Source: an uncultured Verrucomicrobiae bacterium
GTDB taxonomy: Bacteria > Verrucomicrobiota > Verrucomicrobiia > Chthoniobacterales > Chthoniobacteraceae
DNA: 64,000 nucleotides
Reading direction: 5' to 3'
Assembly (NCBI GenBank): GCA_963769025.1
Contig: CAVYKI010000012.1
Span: 160,001-224,000 of the forward strand
This document shows, piece after piece, positions 61,737-64,000 of this stretch; positions within the stretch are counted from its first letter, which is position 1; each line of letters begins with the position of its first letter. The notes beneath the pieces are model-generated. The model did no database searches and was not told the origin of the DNA. It was given only the letters and a program-made list of their open reading frames with translations. The position numbers were made by a program, and so were the translations under genes.

Positions 61737-64000
61737 ATGCGAATGCTCCCCCTCCTGCTCATCACCGCCGCGGTTTGCAGCGCCGCCGTCACGCCGCCGG
61801 AGCAGATCAAGGTGCCGCCGGGGTTCAAGGTCGAACTCCTGCGCGAAGCCGGGCCGCGCGAGGGCTCGTGGATCTGCATGGCGCAGGACGGCCAAGGGCG
61901 GCTCTACATTTCGCCGCAGGGCGCGATCCCGGAGAGCGGCTTCGGCAAGGACAACAAGTGGGGCGGCATGTGGCGCACGACGATCGTCATGACCGAAAAT
62001 CCCACCGGCAATATTCAGCCGCACATCATCAAGTGGGAAAGGGTGAAGGTCCCCGTCGGCGACGCCATGGGCATGCTCTGGGCGTTTGACTCCCTCTACG
62101 TCTCCGGCATGGGGCCGCAGGGGCGCGGCATCTACCGCTGCACTTCCAGCAAGCGCGACGGCAACCTCGACACCGCCACGCTTTTCAAGGCAATCCCCGG
62201 CGGCGCGGGCGAGCACGGCGCCCACGCCATCGTCCTCGGGCCGGACAAAAAGCTCTACATCGTCAACGGCAACAGCACCGGCATCCTCGACGGCCTCGCG
62301 CCCGACTCCCCGTATCGCCATTGGGGCGAGGACGACCTCCTCCCGCGGCTGAAGGATCCCGTCGCCACCTTCTTCGACAAGCTCAAGGCCCCCTACGGCT
62401 GCGTCTATCGCACCGACGCCGACGGCACGAAGTGGGAGCTCTTCGCCGGCGGCTTCCGCAATCCCTACGACATCGCCTTCAACCCCGACGGCGAGCTCTT
62501 CACCTACGACAGCGACATGGAGTGGGACCGCGGCCTCCCGTGGTATCGCCCCACGCGCATCCTCCACGTCGTCCCCGGCGGCGAATACGGCTTCCGCGAA
62601 GGCAGCGCGAAATGGCCCGCGTATTTCCCCGACTCGCTCCCCGCCGTGGCCGACATCGGCGTCGGCTGCCCCACCGGCATGAAGTTCGGCACCGAGGCGA
62701 AGGGCTGGCCGGAAAAATACCGCCGCGCGCTCTTCATCCACGACTGGACATATGGCCGCATCCTCGCCGTCACCCTCCACGAGAAAGGCGCGAGCTACAC
62801 CGCGAGGAACGACCTCGCCAGCCATACCTACCCGCGGGACGCCGAGGCGAACGGCGACGTGGAAGTCTTCCTCAGCGGAAAAGGCATGCCGGTGACGGAC
62901 CTGGAATTCCTGCACGACGGCTCGATGGTCTTCACCGTCGGCGGCCGCGGCACCGCGGCGGCGCTGTATCGGGTGAGCTACGTTTCCGGCGCCCCCTCCG
63001 GGGCGCATCGCGATTCCACCGGTAATCCGGTGGTTTCACCACCGGCTAATATCCTTCGTCCCTCCGGGACGAACGCAAGCGCACCGTCAACGAGCAATCC
63101 ATCCGCAAACTATCCGCCCGCCAACAATGCGCCGGAGGCGCAGCGGAAGTTAGCCGGTGGTGCAGCGAGCGAAGCGAGCGCAACCACCGGATCGCTGACA
63201 GCAAAAGCAAGCGCCCCGGATGGGGCGCGGGAAGGCGTCAGCGAAAAGCCAAAGCATTCAGGCGGTTTCGATGAAGCCGTCGATCGGGAAGACGTGCGCA
63301 AGATGATGCTTTGGTCCGCGTCCGTTGCCACTCGCGACCACTATGCCCTCCAAGACTCGTGGCCATCAAACCGCGACATCGGGACACCTCGGGGGCTTGC
63401 CGGTAGAATGGTGATGGAATCCGGCCTTTACCCCGAGTTCAGAAACAAAGCCCTCAATGAAGCGGATGATGCTATCGCACTTCCTTCATTGCTCGCGCTC
63501 GCCCGCGTGGGTGCCTCTACAGATCAAGCGGCCATTCTCGCAAGACTCACCAAATTCCCCCTCGCCTCGCTCTCCGACGACTTGAAGCTCCTCAAACTCC
63601 GCGTCCTCGAACTGAGCTTCGCGCGGCAGGGGCGGCCTTCGGAGGAACGGGTGAAGGCCCTGATGGAGGAACTGCTGGCGCATTACCCGGCAACGAACGT
63701 GGCGAAGGGCGCGGCGGCGAGTGGAGCGCTGCCGTCCCCGGCGGCCACGACACCAAACGGCGAAGCCGCACTTCCCAATGGCGCACGGAATGCAAACGCG
63801 CATGAAAGTGGCGCTGCGCGCGGAGCGACCTGGCCGGCGGGGACGCCAGCGCTCCACTCGCCGTCGCTCCCCGTGGATGACCCCGCGTGGCGGCTGAACC
63901 GCGAGCTTTGCGCCCTCCTCGTCTGGCTCTCGAATCCCGAACTCGGCGAACCGAACTCCGCACTTCCGGCGAAGGCGCAGGGCGCGGCGCGTCCGCAATC
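61737..64000 (+). CDS. PVC-type putative heme-binding / membrane-bound dehydrogenase-like beta-propeller protein, 3'-partial (absent from the ORF track because it runs off the window)
   Basis: MRMLPLLL signal, IKVPPGFKVELL, GEHGAHAI, GGFRNPYD, TYDSDMEWD, WYRPTR, GCPTG, DWTYG, GGRGT, LLALAR, LNREL; I read no stop codon in this frame from 62940 to 64000. Confidence 0.88.
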   Translation, partial: MRMLPLLLITAAVCSAAVTPPEQIKVPPGFKVELLREAGPREGSWICMAQDGQGRLYISPQGAIPESGFGKDNKWGGMWRTTIVMTENPTGNIQPHIIKWERVKVPVGDAMGMLWAFDSLYVSGMGPQGRGIYRCTSSKRDGNLDTATLFKAIPGGAGEHGAHAIVLGPDKKLYIVNGNSTGILDGLAPDSPYRHWGEDDLLPRLKDPVATFFDKLKAPYGCVYRTDADGTKWELFAGGFRNPYDIAFNPDGELFTYDSDMEWDRGLPWYRPTRILHVVPGGEYGFREGSAKWPAYFPDSLPAVADIGVGCPTGMKFGTEAKGWPEKYRRALFIHDWTYGRILAVTLHEKGASYTARNDLASHTYPRDAEANGDVEVFLSGKGMPVTDLEFLHDGSMVFTVGGRGTAAALYRVSYVSGAPSGAHRDSTGNPVVSPPANILRPSGTNASAPSTSNPSANYPPANNAPEAQRKLAGGAASEASATTGSLTAKASAPDGAREGVSEKPKHSGGFDEAVDREDVRKMMLWSASVATRDHYALQDSWPSNRDIGTPRGLAGRMVMESGLYPEFRNKALNEADDAIALPSLLALARVGASTDQAAILARLTKFPLASLSDDLKLLKLRVLELSFARQGRPSEERVKALMEELLAHYPATNVAKGAAASGALPSPAATTPNGEAALPNGARNANAHESGAARGATWPAGTPALHSPSLPVDDPAWRLNRELCALLVWLSNPELGEPNSALPAKAQGAARPQ
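62984..63233. mobile_element. Two inverted copies of a multi-hairpin REP-like element, in frame inside the CDS
   Basis: Both arms read hairpin(CCGGAGG)-TTAGCCGGTGGTG..AACCACCGGAT-..GCGCCCCGGAnGGGGCGC. Confidence 0.85.
63711..63867. mobile_element. REPIN-like inverted REP pair (GGAG type), in frame inside the CDS
   Basis: 37-nt arms 63711-63747 and 63831-63867 with 3 mismatches; same family as 61569-61693. Confidence 0.9.

Noticed and set aside
60370..63867. Repeats as a CRISPR array
   Set aside because: They are inverted pairs of different families, not regularly spaced direct repeats, and no cas genes are present.

Overview
GC-rich bacterial chromosomal segment. Gene content (DUF1592/DUF1552, PSD1-cytochrome c/DUF1501, PVC-type heme-binding protein, SpmAB fusion) points to the PVC superphylum, most likely Verrucomicrobiota (inference). 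(1) 1-14 kb: PVC-type secreted cytochrome-c/DUF operons, two near-identical copies of an uncharacterised secreted protein, and a response regulator whose sensor kinase is truncated and joined to an EF-hand/PSD1 gene. The first ~9.2 kb carries many single-base frameshifts, most likely assembly error. (2) 14-16.8 kb: GH63-like glucosidase. (3) 16.9-34.8 kb: surface-glycan modification cluster with a 1791-aa sulfotransferase-GT-GT-2x(Trm112-like+methyltransferase) protein, about eight methyltransferase domains in total and a GT-C/GtrB-like pair, ending at the 3' side of tRNA-Lys(TTT). (4) 35-64 kb: mostly core genes (moeB, CHAD-ppk1-ppk2, ECF sigma triad, yraN-rnhB-rplS, tadA, queA). The most unusual signal is several distinct families of short palindromic REP/REPIN-like elements. 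Some lie in frame inside protein-coding genes: one in queA, two in the 61.7 kb gene and a heptamer array in a signal peptide. An intergenic sister copy of one of them lies 2 kb away, and a locally hyper-diverged coding patch adjoins one insert. No CRISPR array, rRNA, integrase or transposase was recognised. All family assignments are from motif recognition, not database searches.
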